From: Polyangiales bacterium
GTDB lineage: Bacteria; Myxococcota_A; Polyangia; Polyangiales; Polyangiaceae
Direction: 5' to 3'
DNA length: 64,000 bases
NCBI GenBank assembly: GCA_038230375.1
Contig: JBBRNJ010000027.1
Location: 1-64,000, forward strand
The number at the start of each line of letters is the position of its first letter. Positions within the stretch are counted from its first letter, which is position 1. The notes beneath the pieces were generated by a model that ran no database searches, was not told where the DNA came from, and saw only the letters and a program-made list of their open reading frames with translations. Below, piece after piece: positions 47,150 through 55,454 of this stretch. The translations under genes and the position numbers were made by a program.

Positions 47150-48205
47150 ATGCGCTCGCTTCCCATTTGTGCGGTCGTCCTCTGTCTTGCGTCTTTGCCC
47201 TCCGTCGCGCTCGCCGACGGTCCGGACAAGTCGAACTCCTCGTTTCGCCTTCGCCAGGGTGACACGGCAGGAGGCGCCGCCGAGATGGGACGAAGCAGCG
47301 CGCGCGCAGGCGACTGCGCCACGGCGCTCGACCACTTCGACCGGGCGATCTCGGTACACCCCGACCCGGCGGTCGTTCGCGATCGTGGCCTCTGTCACGA
47401 CAAGCTCAATCACCCGTACCCGGCCATCAAGGACCTCCGCGCGTACCTCGCGGAGCGCCCGGACGCGCCCGATAGCGATCAGATTCGCGGCCGTCTCGGC
47501 GCGCTCGAGTCGTCCGTGGGCATCTCCAAGGAAGACAACAAGGGTGACTCCGAGAAGGTCGCCGACACCCCCGCGCAGCGCGCCGCGCTCGAGAACCTGA
47601 TCGACGAAGAGCGCCTGTCCGATGACGCCTCCACATCACCGCTGCGCCGCGCCTCGGGCTTCTCTCTGGGCGTCTACGGCGGCATGCGAACGTACTTCGG
47701 CAGCGGCAAGGGCTCCATCAAACCGGACGGTAGCACCACCCCGCAGGTGAACGGGTTCTTCGACACGGGCCACAGTGACGACCTCAACTACGAGGTTGGC
47801 TTCACCGGCCGCTACGCCGTCGGCGCCTACTTCGACCTCCTGGCGCAAGGCGGTCTCGTGAACACGGGCAAGGTCGGCTCCTCCAGCGCCGCCAGTGGCC
47901 CGGGCTTCTTGCTCGCAGGGCAGCTTCGCATCCCGTTCGGCAAGTACAGCTCCGATCAGCTCCTCGTCGCGGTCGGGCCGGGCTACGAGCGATACTCCAA
48001 CAAGCTCACCGCCACCGCATCTGTGATCAACTTCACGGGGCGTCTGGGCTACCGCCACGTGTTCGGCCACAACCTGGGGCTGGAGTTTGCAGGGTACGGC
48101 GGGCTCGCGCACTTCAGCTTCGTGGACGCGCCGGGGCCCGCCAACATCAACGACGTGAACGTCGGGATCCTTGGGCTGCAGTTGAATCTGCTCCTCGGTT
48201 TCTAG
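47150..48205 (+). CDS. Secreted TPR protein with putative C-terminal outer-membrane beta-barrel
   Basis: Signal ALA-D; TPR (ALDHFDRAI, RDRGLCHDKL, AIKDLRAYL); alternating amphipathic strands ending LQLNLLLGF. Confidence 0.65.
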   Translation: MRSLPICAVVLCLASLPSVALADGPDKSNSSFRLRQGDTAGGAAEMGRSSARAGDCATALDHFDRAISVHPDPAVVRDRGLCHDKLNHPYPAIKDLRAYLAERPDAPDSDQIRGRLGALESSVGISKEDNKGDSEKVADTPAQRAALENLIDEERLSDDASTSPLRRASGFSLGVYGGMRTYFGSGKGSIKPDGSTTPQVNGFFDTGHSDDLNYEVGFTGRYAVGAYFDLLAQGGLVNTGKVGSSSAASGPGFLLAGQLRIPFGKYSSDQLLVAVGPGYERYSNKLTATASVINFTGRLGYRHVFGHNLGLEFAGYGGLAHFSFVDAPGPANINDVNVGILGLQLNLLLGF

Positions 48206-48250
48206 CCACTTTTCCTCGCGCCCCTGCGTCCTCTGATAGTGTGACGGGCC

Positions 48251-50836
48251 GTGCCGCGGTCCTCCGAAGCGATCGACCTGTTGCCGGGGACCACGCGCGA
48301 GCGTGCCGCGGCCGTACTCCTGTTCGTCGTGACGTGTGGCAGCGCGCTCTCGCTGGGCTCTCTGCACACCGCGTGGCTCTGTGTGTGGACGCTGCTGGCA
48401 GTGGTGTGCACCGGCCTGCTCTTCTGGGGAGGGGCGTCACTGCCGCTGCGCCCGGCTGCGCGGATCTTGCTCGTGACCGCGGTCGGGCTCACGGTCTACA
48501 CGGCGCTGACCCTGGTCCCATTGCCAGCCGGGCTACTCGCCAAGATCGCGCCCGAGAACGCAGACGTCTGGTCGCGCGCTCTCACGCCGCTCCACGAGCC
48601 TGGCCCTGGCGCCGCGCCGCTCTCGCTCGACCCGACGGCGACCCGCGTACAGCTCCTGCGCGCGCTGTTCTACGTGCTGGTGTTCGTGAGCGGTCTACGC
48701 ATCGCCGCAACGCGCGAGGGCACCCGATTCCTGGAGCGCGCGCTGGTGCTCGCAGCGGTGGTGATGGCGCTCGCCGCGCTCGCACACCCGGCAACGGGTG
48801 CTACGCGCGTGTTTGGAACGTACGAGCCACTGGAGCCGTCCATGTACGGCGTCAATCACATCGCGCCGCTGCTCAACGGCAATCACCTTGCCGCGTTCGT
48901 GAACGTCGGCTTCTTGCTCGCGGTGTCGTCGCTCTTGCGACCGCGCCACCCACTCATGCCGCCACCGCTCGCTGCTGGAGCCGCTGCGCTGCTGCTCGGC
49001 ACCACGGTCTTCACCGGATCGCGCGGAGGAGTGGGCGCTGCTGCCGTCGCGCTGGTCGCGTTGCTGGTGGTCGCGTTCGTGTCCCGGCAGGCGTCTCGCA
49101 GCGTCCTCGTCGTGTCCACCGTGCTTGTCGTGATGGGCCTTGGCGGCGCGGTCTTCGCCACCCTGGCCTTCAGCGATGAAGTGGTCGAGAAGATGGCCGG
49201 TGGTGATTTCTCCAAGCTGCGCCTCATCGCGAACGCGTGCGAGTTGGTCAAAGCAACGCCAGTGTTCGGTGTGGGCCGCGGCGCGTTCGAGTCCACCTTC
49301 CCATCCGTACGCGACCGCCTGGGGCTCGACTACTTCGTGTTCACGCACCCCGAAAACCTCGTGGCCCAATGGGCCAGCGAGTGGGGCATTCCGGTGACGG
49401 TCCTGGCGCTGGCCGGCATCGGTTACGCGCTGCGGCCACAGACAGTCCTCGGGCGCTCGCTTCCTCCGATCGGCGCGTGGGCCGCGCTTGTCATGGCGGC
49501 ACTGCACAACATGGTCGACTTCAACTCTGAAGTCCCGGGGGTGATGTGCGCGTTCGTGCTCTGTGCGGCCTGCTGCGTCGCGGGCACCGCTGGCCGCGGC
49601 ATCAGCGGCCCCCGTTCGTCGCTGCGTCCAGCGTTCGCTCTCGCGATCGGAGGATGGGCCATCGCGGTCGGCGTGTGGGCGCTTTTGGCAAGCGACGGGG
49701 AGCTCGGTCCTGATCAGCGCGCGCTGCGGAAGCTCGCTCTGGAGCAGCCGCAGGAGCGAGACGAGTTCCATGCCGCAGCCCGCAAGGCCATGTTACGGCA
49801 CCCATCCGAGCCGTTCCTTCCGTACATGGGGGAGCTGCGAGCGGCGGCGGCGCACGATGAGTCGCTCATCCCGTGGGCTGCATGCGCGCTCGAACGCAGT
49901 CGGCTGTTCGGGCGTGTGCACCTGCTGCTCGCGCGCTCGATGTTCGCGCGCCCGGGGCAAGCGCGCCTGGAGTACAAGCTTGCTTACGGACAGGACAACT
50001 CGCTGCGTTCGTACGTGTCCGTGGAGTGTATGCCTCTGGTGAAAAGCTACGAGGACGCCATGGAGCTCGTGGCGGACGAGCCTGCCGGCATGCTGCTCCT
50101 GGGCGAGCTCTCCGACAGGCTCACCACCGTCCTACCCGCGACGGCCGTTCGGCTCGACGAGGAGCTCCTTCGGCGCGATCCGAATGCCACGACTCCGCTC
50201 CAACATGCCCTCACCAACGACCTGCACGACATCACCGACGGCGAGCCGTGGTGCGCGGGCGAGGCGCGCGCCCACTGCATTCAGGAAGCGCAAGTGGACG
50301 CCGACCACCTCGTGGCAGTGCGGCCATCGTCGTGCGATGGCTGGGCGCTGCGGTCGGAGCTGCTGCTCCTCAAGGGCGATACCAAGCACGCCGTCGAAGA
50401 TCTGTCCGCCGCGGTCGACCAGGCCGATGACCGGCCAGGCTGCGCAAGGGCGTCCGTTCGCCTTGCGGTGGCAACCGGTCAGGCGATCTTCGTGGAGCAG
50501 GCCGTCGAACGGCTCGCCAAGATCGCGTGTGCAACGACCGATGAGTGTGTGGCTTCTATGGTGTTCATCGCCGAGGTGGAGCGCGCCACGCACAATGATC
50601 GGCGCGCGCTGTTCTATTACAAGCGCGCGCTGGAGATGAATCCCACCGAGGTCTCGTATCTCGTCGCGGTCGCGCAGATCGCGGAGCAGAGCAACCTGCA
50701 CGGCGAGGCGGCCGCGGCATACGCAAAGCTCGCGACGGCGCAGCCTCAGGTTCCGCACTGGGCGGCCAAGCGGGACGAGCACCAGCAAGCCGTCAAAGAC
50801 CTCGCCCTCGAGAACTTGACCGCGCCAAAACCGTGA
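48251..50836 (+). CDS. O-antigen ligase-family membrane protein with C-terminal TPR-like region
   Basis: Many TMs; NGNHLAAF, TGSRGG, PVFGVGRGAF, HPEN..AQWASEWG, LHNMVDF motifs. Confidence 0.85.
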   Translation: MPRSSEAIDLLPGTTRERAAAVLLFVVTCGSALSLGSLHTAWLCVWTLLAVVCTGLLFWGGASLPLRPAARILLVTAVGLTVYTALTLVPLPAGLLAKIAPENADVWSRALTPLHEPGPGAAPLSLDPTATRVQLLRALFYVLVFVSGLRIAATREGTRFLERALVLAAVVMALAALAHPATGATRVFGTYEPLEPSMYGVNHIAPLLNGNHLAAFVNVGFLLAVSSLLRPRHPLMPPPLAAGAAALLLGTTVFTGSRGGVGAAAVALVALLVVAFVSRQASRSVLVVSTVLVVMGLGGAVFATLAFSDEVVEKMAGGDFSKLRLIANACELVKATPVFGVGRGAFESTFPSVRDRLGLDYFVFTHPENLVAQWASEWGIPVTVLALAGIGYALRPQTVLGRSLPPIGAWAALVMAALHNMVDFNSEVPGVMCAFVLCAACCVAGTAGRGISGPRSSLRPAFALAIGGWAIAVGVWALLASDGELGPDQRALRKLALEQPQERDEFHAAARKAMLRHPSEPFLPYMGELRAAAAHDESLIPWAACALERSRLFGRVHLLLARSMFARPGQARLEYKLAYGQDNSLRSYVSVECMPLVKSYEDAMELVADEPAGMLLLGELSDRLTTVLPATAVRLDEELLRRDPNATTPLQHALTNDLHDITDGEPWCAGEARAHCIQEAQVDADHLVAVRPSSCDGWALRSELLLLKGDTKHAVEDLSAAVDQADDRPGCARASVRLAVATGQAIFVEQAVERLAKIACATTDECVASMVFIAEVERATHNDRRALFYYKRALEMNPTEVSYLVAVAQIAEQSNLHGEAAAAYAKLATAQPQVPHWAAKRDEHQQAVKDLALENLTAPKP

Positions 50837-50911
50837 CGGTCGTCGCGCGCGAGGCGCACGGATCCAGGCTGAAGTCGCCATCAAGGTCCAACCCGGCGGC
50901 CACGTCGACCG

Positions 50912-50927
50912 CGGCACTGCTGTTGCT
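50912..50927 (+). promoter_or_regulatory. Sigma-54 (-24/-12) promoter of the pseudaminic-acid-type operon
   Basis: CGGCACTGCTGTTGCT matches YGGCAC-N5-TTGCW and ends 12 nt before the ATG at 50940. Confidence 0.72.
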
Positions 50928-50939
50928 TGCGAACAGGGC

Positions 50940-51683
50940 ATGCGCACCATTGGGATCGTTCAAGCTCGGATGGGGTCCACGCGGCTGCCCGGGAAGGTGG
51001 CCATGCCGCTCGCCGGGGTCACCGCCCTGGAGCGTTGCTTGCGCCGCGTTCGCCAGGCCGCACTCCTGGACGACGTTGTCGTCGCGACCTCGGACCACGT
51101 GCGTGACGACGAGGTCGTGCGCATCGCATCACGCGCTGGCGTGAGCTGCTTCCGCGGCAGCGAGGAGAACGTGCTCGGGCGGTACGCAGATGCCGCACAG
51201 GAGTACCGCGCGGACGTGGTTGTGCGGGTCACCTCCGACTGCCCGCTCATCGATCCGGGGATCGTGGACGCCGTGGTGGGGGCCATGCGCTCCGCCGGCG
51301 CGGACTACGCCTCGAACGTGGCGCAACGCCATCTTCCGCGCGGACTGGACGTGGAGGTCATCACCGCCCGCGCGCTCTACTTCGCAGATGCGCTCGCGGA
51401 CGAGTCGGCTGATCGTGAGCACGTGACGCGCTTCATCGTCCGCCGACCGTGCTCGTTCATGCTCCGCTCGGTGGTCCTCGATGTCCCGCGTGTCGGCCTG
51501 GAGGACGACCGATGGACGCTCGATACGACCATGGACTACGAGTTCCTCTCGGCGTTGTTCGAGCTCCTGCGCGCGCGCGGTGACCGCGAGGATCGCGCCC
51601 GCTTTCGCGAGGTGCTCGCGATCGTCGACGCGAATCCCGGCCTTCGGGGCCTGAACGCCCATGTCGTGCAGAAGGTCGCATAG
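50940..51683 (+). CDS. spsF: SpsF-family cytidylyltransferase (probable CMP-nonulosonate synthetase)
   Basis: IVQARMGSTRLPGKV, RGSEENVL.RY, VRVTSDCPLIDP, PRGLDVE, REHVT, RWTLDT. Confidence 0.88.
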   Translation: MRTIGIVQARMGSTRLPGKVAMPLAGVTALERCLRRVRQAALLDDVVVATSDHVRDDEVVRIASRAGVSCFRGSEENVLGRYADAAQEYRADVVVRVTSDCPLIDPGIVDAVVGAMRSAGADYASNVAQRHLPRGLDVEVITARALYFADALADESADREHVTRFIVRRPCSFMLRSVVLDVPRVGLEDDRWTLDTTMDYEFLSALFELLRARGDREDRARFREVLAIVDANPGLRGLNAHVVQKVA

Positions 51684-51685
51684 CC

Positions 51686-52906
51686 ATGCAGACAAGGACC
51701 CAGAAGCCCATCCCCTACGCTCGCCAGCTGGTCGAGCAGGACGACATAGACGCCGTGGTCCGCGTGATGAAGAGCGACGCACTCACTCAGGGGCCCGAGG
51801 TCACCGCCTTCGAGAACGAGCTCGCGGAGGCGGTCGGCTCTCGCTACGCGGTGTGCGTCTCGAGCGGTACTGCAGCGCTCCATATCTCGTGCGTGGCCGC
51901 AGGCGTGCGCCCCGGCAGCATGGGCATCACTTCGCCGATCACCTTCGTCGCGTCCGCAAACGCGATCCGTTACGCGGGCGGACACCCGCGGTTCGCGGAC
52001 GTGGACCCGAAAACGGGGCTCGTTTCGGAGGGCGCGATCCGCGCGCTCGCACTGTCGTCGGAGCGGCCGCAGGTGATCATCCCAGTCGACTTTGCAGGCA
52101 CTCCCGCGGACCTTCCGAAGATCGGCCGCACCGCGGACACGCTTGGCGCTCTGGTGATAGAGGACGCGGCGCACTCCCTGGGCGCGCGGTACCGCGGGCC
52201 GGACGGCCATTGGGTGAAAGCTGCATCATGCACGCATTCTGCGATGGCAATCCTGAGCTTTCACCCCGTGAAGCACATCACGAGCGGCGAGGGCGGGGCC
52301 GTCACCACGAATGACCGTGGTCTCTACGAGGAGCTCGTGCGCCTTCGCAATCATGGCGTCACGAAGGATCCAGCGCGGCTGAAGAGGCGCGATCCGGAGC
52401 CCTGGTACTACGAGCAGCAGTCGCTCGGATGGAACTACCGCATGAGTGATCTCCACGCCGCGCTTGGTCGTAGCCAGCTTCGAAAGCTCACCCGGTTCGT
52501 CGAGCGTCGCCGCCAGATCGCCGCGACCTACGACCTCGCATTTCGCCGACTCGCGGGCTTCATCGAGCCCCTCGCCGTTCCGGAGGGACGGGAGAGCGCC
52601 TACCACCTGTATCCCGTCTCGCTCGTGCGGCGCGCGCGCGAGTCGCTCGCGGCGGTCGCTGAGCGCAGGCGCGAGCTCTACCTGTCTCTGCACAAGGACG
52701 GCGTGCAGACACAGGTCCACTACATTCCGGTGCCGCGCCAGCCAGACTTCGAGAGCCATGGCTTCACGGACGCCGTTCCAGGCGCGGACGCGTACTACGC
52801 GGGCGTCGTCAGCCTGCCGATCTTCCCCGCCATGAGCGACGACGACGTGAACCGAGTGATCGCCGCGGTGAGCCGCGCAAGAGAAAGCTTCAAGGTGGCA
52901 GCGTGA
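51686..52906 (+). CDS. pseC: UDP-4-amino-4,6-dideoxy-N-acetyl-beta-L-altrosamine transaminase
   Basis: IPYARQ, LTQGP, SSGTAALH, IEDAAHSLG, SFHPVKHITSGEGG, GWNYRMSD, QVHYIPV. Confidence 0.88.
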   Translation: MQTRTQKPIPYARQLVEQDDIDAVVRVMKSDALTQGPEVTAFENELAEAVGSRYAVCVSSGTAALHISCVAAGVRPGSMGITSPITFVASANAIRYAGGHPRFADVDPKTGLVSEGAIRALALSSERPQVIIPVDFAGTPADLPKIGRTADTLGALVIEDAAHSLGARYRGPDGHWVKAASCTHSAMAILSFHPVKHITSGEGGAVTTNDRGLYEELVRLRNHGVTKDPARLKRRDPEPWYYEQQSLGWNYRMSDLHAALGRSQLRKLTRFVERRRQIAATYDLAFRRLAGFIEPLAVPEGRESAYHLYPVSLVRRARESLAAVAERRRELYLSLHKDGVQTQVHYIPVPRQPDFESHGFTDAVPGADAYYAGVVSLPIFPAMSDDDVNRVIAAVSRARESFKVAA

Positions 52907-54645
52907 GCAACGAGAAGAGATTTCGCATTGGCAACCGCGAGGTGGGCTACGGGAGCAAGGTCTTCATCGTTGCGGAGTTGTCCGCGAACCACGGCGGATC
53001 CCTCGACGTCGCGCTGCGCACCATCGACGCTGCGCGGGCCGCGGGTGCGGAGGCGATCAAGCTGCAGACGTACACGCCCGACACGCTGACGCTGGCGTCC
53101 GCGTTTGAGCCGTTCGTGGTCAAGACGAACAACGCCTGGGCCGGCCGCACGCTCCACGACCTGTACAAGGAGGCCATGACGCCGTGGGCCTGGCACGAGC
53201 GGCTTCGGGACCATGCGAAGGCGCAGGGACTGGAGTGGTTCTCCACGCCGTTCTGCGCCGAGAGCGCGCGGTTCCTGTACGACCTCGGCGCTCCCGCCTT
53301 CAAGATCGCGAGCTTCGAGCTCCAGCATCTCTCGCTCATCGAGACGGTCGCGCGGTTGCACCGGCCCATGATCCTGTCCACGGGCATGGCGGACGAGGCG
53401 GACGTCGAGGCGGCGCTCATGGCGTGTCACGAGGCAGGCAACAAGGACATCTCGCTGCTGTGCTGCGTGTCTGCCTATCCGGCCAGCCCCGCCAACATGA
53501 ACCTGGAGCGGCTCACGTTCATGGATCGCATGGGCGTGGTCACGGGGCTGTCCGACCACTCGCAGGGCAACACGGCAGCGGTGGTGGCGGTGGCACGCGG
53601 CGCGAAGATCATCGAGAAGCACTTCATCCTCGATCGAAGGCAGGGCGGTCCCGATGCGTTCTTCTCGCAGGAGCCCGCGGAGTTCGCGGCCATGGTGCGC
53701 GACGTGCGCGTGGCGGAGGAGTCGCTGGGGTTTGCCCGCTTCGGCCCGTCGCCGGAAGAAGAGCCCAGCCTGCGCTTCCGGAGAAGCCTGTATTTTGCAC
53801 GCGATGTGAAGAAGGGCGACGTTCTCACGCATGAGAACGTGCGGTGCGTTCGCCCGACGGGAGGCCTGCCACCCGCGCAGCTGCCAAAGGTGCTCGGGCA
53901 TCGCGCGGCCAACGACGCCAGCTTCGGTGAACCCGTCACGAACGACCACGTGGAGGCGCGCCGGGCGCCGATGCACGTGTTACTGCGCCCGTTCGCGGGC
54001 GACGACAGCGATTTCTTGCGCGACCTCCGCAACGAGGACACCGTCCGCGCGATGAGCTTCCACTCTGACCTCATCACGGAGGCGGAGCACCGCGCGTACC
54101 TCGCGCGCGTTCAGAACGGAAAGGACCGCGTGATCCTCATCGCCGAGACCGCCTCGGAGCGCGTGGGTCAGGTGACGCTCACGCAGACCGGTGAGCTGTT
54201 CGAGGTGGAGGTGGGGATCATCGTTGCGCCGGGCGCGCGTGGCCGCGGGCTGGGCACGGAGATGCTCGCGGGCGCGGAGCCGTGGGCCAAGGCCATGGGC
54301 GCCAGGCTCATGCGGGCGCGCATCATGATCAGGAACTTTCCGAGCGTTCGGCTCTTCGAGAAGGCCGGCTACTGGGACTTCGTGGGCGTGAGCTCGGTGG
54401 TGACGTGCAAGCGGCGCATCGTGAGTTACCTGGAGCGGCCCAACAAGAGCCAGCACCTAGCAACGCGCGACGCACCGCCGCCATCCACGAGGCGCCGCTG
54501 GGACGAGATGCGCGCGGAGCTCTCAGCCGACGTCGTGCCGCCCAAGAGCGATCGGATCGCACGCACGAGGTCCGGCACGCTGCCCGTTCCGGAGATGACG
54601 GACATGAGCCCGCCGCGCTCAAGGAAATTGCCCACGGGGACCTGA
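52903..54645 (+). CDS. pseI: Pseudaminic acid synthase (NeuB+SAF) fused to a PseH-like GNAT acetyltransferase, with a tail antisense to pseG
   Basis: IVAELSANHGG, AIKLQTYTPDT, KIASFE, ILSTGMA, GLSDHS, IEKHF, FRRSLY; then LRP..D...L.DLRN, RGRGLGTEML, N.PS.RLFEKAGY. Confidence 0.88.
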   Translation: MSNEKRFRIGNREVGYGSKVFIVAELSANHGGSLDVALRTIDAARAAGAEAIKLQTYTPDTLTLASAFEPFVVKTNNAWAGRTLHDLYKEAMTPWAWHERLRDHAKAQGLEWFSTPFCAESARFLYDLGAPAFKIASFELQHLSLIETVARLHRPMILSTGMADEADVEAALMACHEAGNKDISLLCCVSAYPASPANMNLERLTFMDRMGVVTGLSDHSQGNTAAVVAVARGAKIIEKHFILDRRQGGPDAFFSQEPAEFAAMVRDVRVAEESLGFARFGPSPEEEPSLRFRRSLYFARDVKKGDVLTHENVRCVRPTGGLPPAQLPKVLGHRAANDASFGEPVTNDHVEARRAPMHVLLRPFAGDDSDFLRDLRNEDTVRAMSFHSDLITEAEHRAYLARVQNGKDRVILIAETASERVGQVTLTQTGELFEVEVGIIVAPGARGRGLGTEMLAGAEPWAKAMGARLMRARIMIRNFPSVRLFEKAGYWDFVGVSSVVTCKRRIVSYLERPNKSQHLATRDAPPPSTRRRWDEMRAELSADVVPPKSDRIARTRSGTLPVPEMTDMSPPRSRKLPTGT

Positions 54646-55451
54646 TTGTCGGACACGGGGATCGCGAGCGCAGGGCGCCCGATGCAGGCGATCTCGAGAC
54701 ACGTGCTCCCTGCGGCCGTGATCACCGCGTCTGCCAGCGCGATGCGGTTCGCCATGTCGGTTGCGCCCACAGTGAGCGTGGCGCCTGGTAGCGTCGCCAC
54801 GGCCTCCTTCGCAGCGTCTATCTTCGGGTCCGCCGCGCCAACAACGACGTCGACTGCGAGGTGGAGCTCGGTCTCGAGCAGCGCCGTGATGACGCGCGGC
54901 AACAGCCCGAGTGGGTCTGCCCCACCCAGCGTGACGAGGAGGCGCGGTGGCCCGATGCGAACGGCGACGGGTTGGTCGCGCGCCGCTGCGAACTCCGGCC
55001 GCAGGAGCGCGTACGCGGGGCCGGTGAGGACGACCGCGTCCGCGCGCGGGGTGTAGCTGACGTCGGTGGCGAAGAAGTTCGGATTCACGACGACATTGGC
55101 GTCGCTGCTGGGTGGCAGGCCCGTGTCGTCGACGTAGAGGACGTGCGTGCCGGCGGCGACAAGCGCGCGCACGTCGTCGCGTGCGATGCCGTAGCTATAG
55201 ATGGCGACCCGGTTCGCGCCGAGCTCTCGTGCGACATCCAGGAGCGCCGACCCAGTGAGCGCTGTCGCGGGTCCGAGCTCCCCGCCGTTGCCTTCGATGA
55301 AGGCGCGAACGCGGGGGTCCGCGCTCTGCGTGCAGAACACGGTCCGCGCACTCTGGGCGCGTAGTGCGACCCCGAGCGCCGAGAGGCGAGCGATGTGCCC
55401 GAGACCGATGTCGGCAGACGCGGGCGCCGCGAGGAGAACGACCTCCTTCAC
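54426..55451 (-). CDS. pseG: UDP-2,4-diacetamido-2,4,6-trideoxy-beta-L-altropyranose hydrolase (PseG/SpsG family)
   Basis: IGLGHIAR, YVDD, VVNPN, GPAYALLRPEF, LVTLGGADP, AAGSTCLE, DNQ, LVDGGGASRV. Confidence 0.85.
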   Translation of the reverse strand: MKEVVLLAAPASADIGLGHIARLSALGVALRAQSARTVFCTQSADPRVRAFIEGNGGELGPATALTGSALLDVARELGANRVAIYSYGIARDDVRALVAAGTHVLYVDDTGLPPSSDANVVVNPNFFATDVSYTPRADAVVLTGPAYALLRPEFAAARDQPVAVRIGPPRLLVTLGGADPLGLLPRVITALLETELHLAVDVVVGAADPKIDAAKEAVATLPGATLTVGATDMANRIALADAVITAAGSTCLEIACIGRPALAIPVSDNQVPVGNFLERGGLMSVISGTGSVPDLVRAIRSLLGGTTSAESSARISSQRRLVDGGGASRVARCWLLLGRSR

Positions 55452-55454
55452 GTC

